This document shows positions 62,308 to 64,000 of a stretch of 64,000 nucleotides of DNA, piece by piece (the first letter of the stretch is position 1; each line of letters opens with the position of its first letter). The stretch spans positions 1 through 64,000 of the forward strand of contig JAXLNO010002965.1 in assembly GCA_038087875.1 (NCBI GenBank), read 5' to 3'. The stretch comes from Malacoraja senta. Its lineage: Eukaryota. The position numbers and the translations under genes are program-made. Under the pieces are notes generated by a model, which was given only the letters and a program-made list of their open reading frames with translations, was not told the origin of the DNA and made no database searches.

Positions 62308-62730
62308 TTCAGCTGCGCATTGAAAGTTTCAGCTGGATTCTGTGCTCCAACATTAGGTGATGTCTGTACGGAGTTTGTACGTTCACCCCGTGACCTGCGT
62401 GGGTTTTCTCCTAGATCTTTGGTTTCCTTCAACTCTCCAAAGACGTACAGGTTTGTAGGTATATGGCTTGGACATTGTATGAAAATTAGCTTTGAAGTTT
62501 ACTTAAACAATTGTGATTGTAACATTAAATTATTTCTGCAGTTGTGCTGGATGTGTTGAGTTCTTGGACAAATTGGAAAGTTCTTCTTAGTGGTCAGCAC
62601 TCAAGCAAAAACTTTCCAATCCCTCTGCCAGAGTTTTGCAGTTCCCTGCAAACCTGCATATTTCTTGAAGGATTCATGATTAACTTTGTCCATTCAGTGA
62701 TATGATAATGATTCTGTTTTCTCTTGTTAG

Positions 62731-62846
62731 GTGGCAGTGTGATCCACACACGCTGCACAGAGACGTTAGAGACCAAGACTGCTCTTCTTACTCTGTTTGG
62801 CTTTCCACTGTTGTACCAATCTCACTCACCTAGAGCTGTCATTATG
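62731..62846 (+). CDS. SUN1/SUN2-like protein, SUN-domain KASH-lid exon; the gene continues beyond the window
   Basis: ttgttag|GT GGC...ATG|GTATAT; GGSVIHTRCTETLETKTALLTLFGFPLLYQSHSPRAVIM; 116 nt. Confidence 0.95.
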
Positions 62847-64000
62847 GTATATAATCCTTGTACTGCTGCTCCCTTCTGTCTTGAAAGCAGTCACCTTTGA
62901 ATCCTCTCCTAGAGGTAGCAAGGGACAGGGACGCTATAGGTCCACAGCTTCAAGATTTGCTGCTGGGGGCACCACAACTAGTGTGTGTCTTCTGCTTTCC
63001 ACAGGTTTATGTGAAACATAATCTGTCTGCATAACAGTTCTTCCCAGTCAGAAAAATGCAAGGTATTGATATATATGTAAAAAAAATCATGCAATGGTCC
63101 ACCATGCGTGCTTGTTCAGTACCACAGTTGTGGGATATGGAATAGAAACATGGAAATTATGAACAGGAGTAAGCAATGTGGCCCTTCACGCCCACTCAAC
63201 CCCTCAGTGTGATAATGGCTGATCATCCAAATTGTGTCCCCAGTTGGGGGACTCCCCATACCTTTATCCCCATACATCTTGGTCCCTCTAGCTACAAGAA
63301 CAATATTTAACTCATGAGTATATTCAACGATCTGATTTCAATTGCATTCCATGATAGAGAATTCCTCTGGCTCACCACTCTGGATGAAGAGATTTCTCCC
63401 CCACTGAGTTCTACATGACCTCACCTTATCCTCGCACTGCGATCCTGGTCCTGAAACTCCCCAGCATCAGGAACATCTTACCTCGAATCTTTCCAGTCCT
63501 GTTAGAACTTTGTTGTAGGTTTCTATAAAATGATCATTCCTTCCAAACTCCAGTGAATATTGACCAGATTGTTCTTCATACGTCGGCTCTGCCATCCCTA
63601 CAGTTAATCTGCTGCACTTCTGATGTGTTCCCTCCATAGCAAAAATATCCTTCCTTAAGGAAAAGTGGGCTCCTTCCATCTGCTTTAACCAAACTCTGAC
63701 ACTTTCTGCTCCCCATTCCTCCCACCTGGATGTAGATTGCCAGTGTGTTTGTCAAATCTTCAATTGAGTTCAGATTTTTAAATCCACTTGTGGAGGCATA
63801 TAGCACAGAAACAGGCCCTTTGTGCCCAACACGTCCACTTCAACCATCAGGTACCCATACAACTAATCCCATTTGCCAGCATTTGCCTGTAGCTTACAGA
63901 GGTGCCTAAGTCCAGAGGGTTGAGGTTTTAAAACAAAGAAAGATTTAGAGGAAATCAGAGAAAGCATATTTTGGGTTGCATTTGATCACACTACCCGAGA

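Overview
Repeat-dense vertebrate genomic DNA. The repeat families (HE1-like V-SINEs, HER1/CR1 LINEs, Penelope-like elements) point to a cartilaginous fish, probably a skate or ray (inference). Two host genes can be read from the sequence. (1) A five-exon, minus-strand, highly divergent non-classical MHC class I-like gene: leader 35463-35514, alpha1 31268-31528, alpha2 29248-29523, alpha3 27771-28043, TM/cytoplasmic 19713-19933, all with phase-1 GT-AG junctions. It has an SXY-like promoter, an in-frame TAG in the alpha3 GFYP motif, a Tc1 inserted 13 nt from the TM-exon acceptor, and a stop codon supplied by a CR1. (2) The middle of a plus-strand SUN1/SUN2-like gene (exons 55067-55223, 57843-58055, 60049-60133, 62731-62846) that runs off the window. 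A probable upstream exon at 54210 is disrupted by a fold-back insertion. The remainder is transposable elements: a near-intact Tc1 with a nested CORE-SINE, two hAT elements with exact 8-bp TSDs, L1 and Tx1 fragments, two precisely delimited non-autonomous Helitrons, Harbinger-like MITEs, Rex1/Babar fragments, and many Penelope terminal repeats carrying minimal hammerhead-ribozyme motifs. All homology calls are by eye; no database searches were run.
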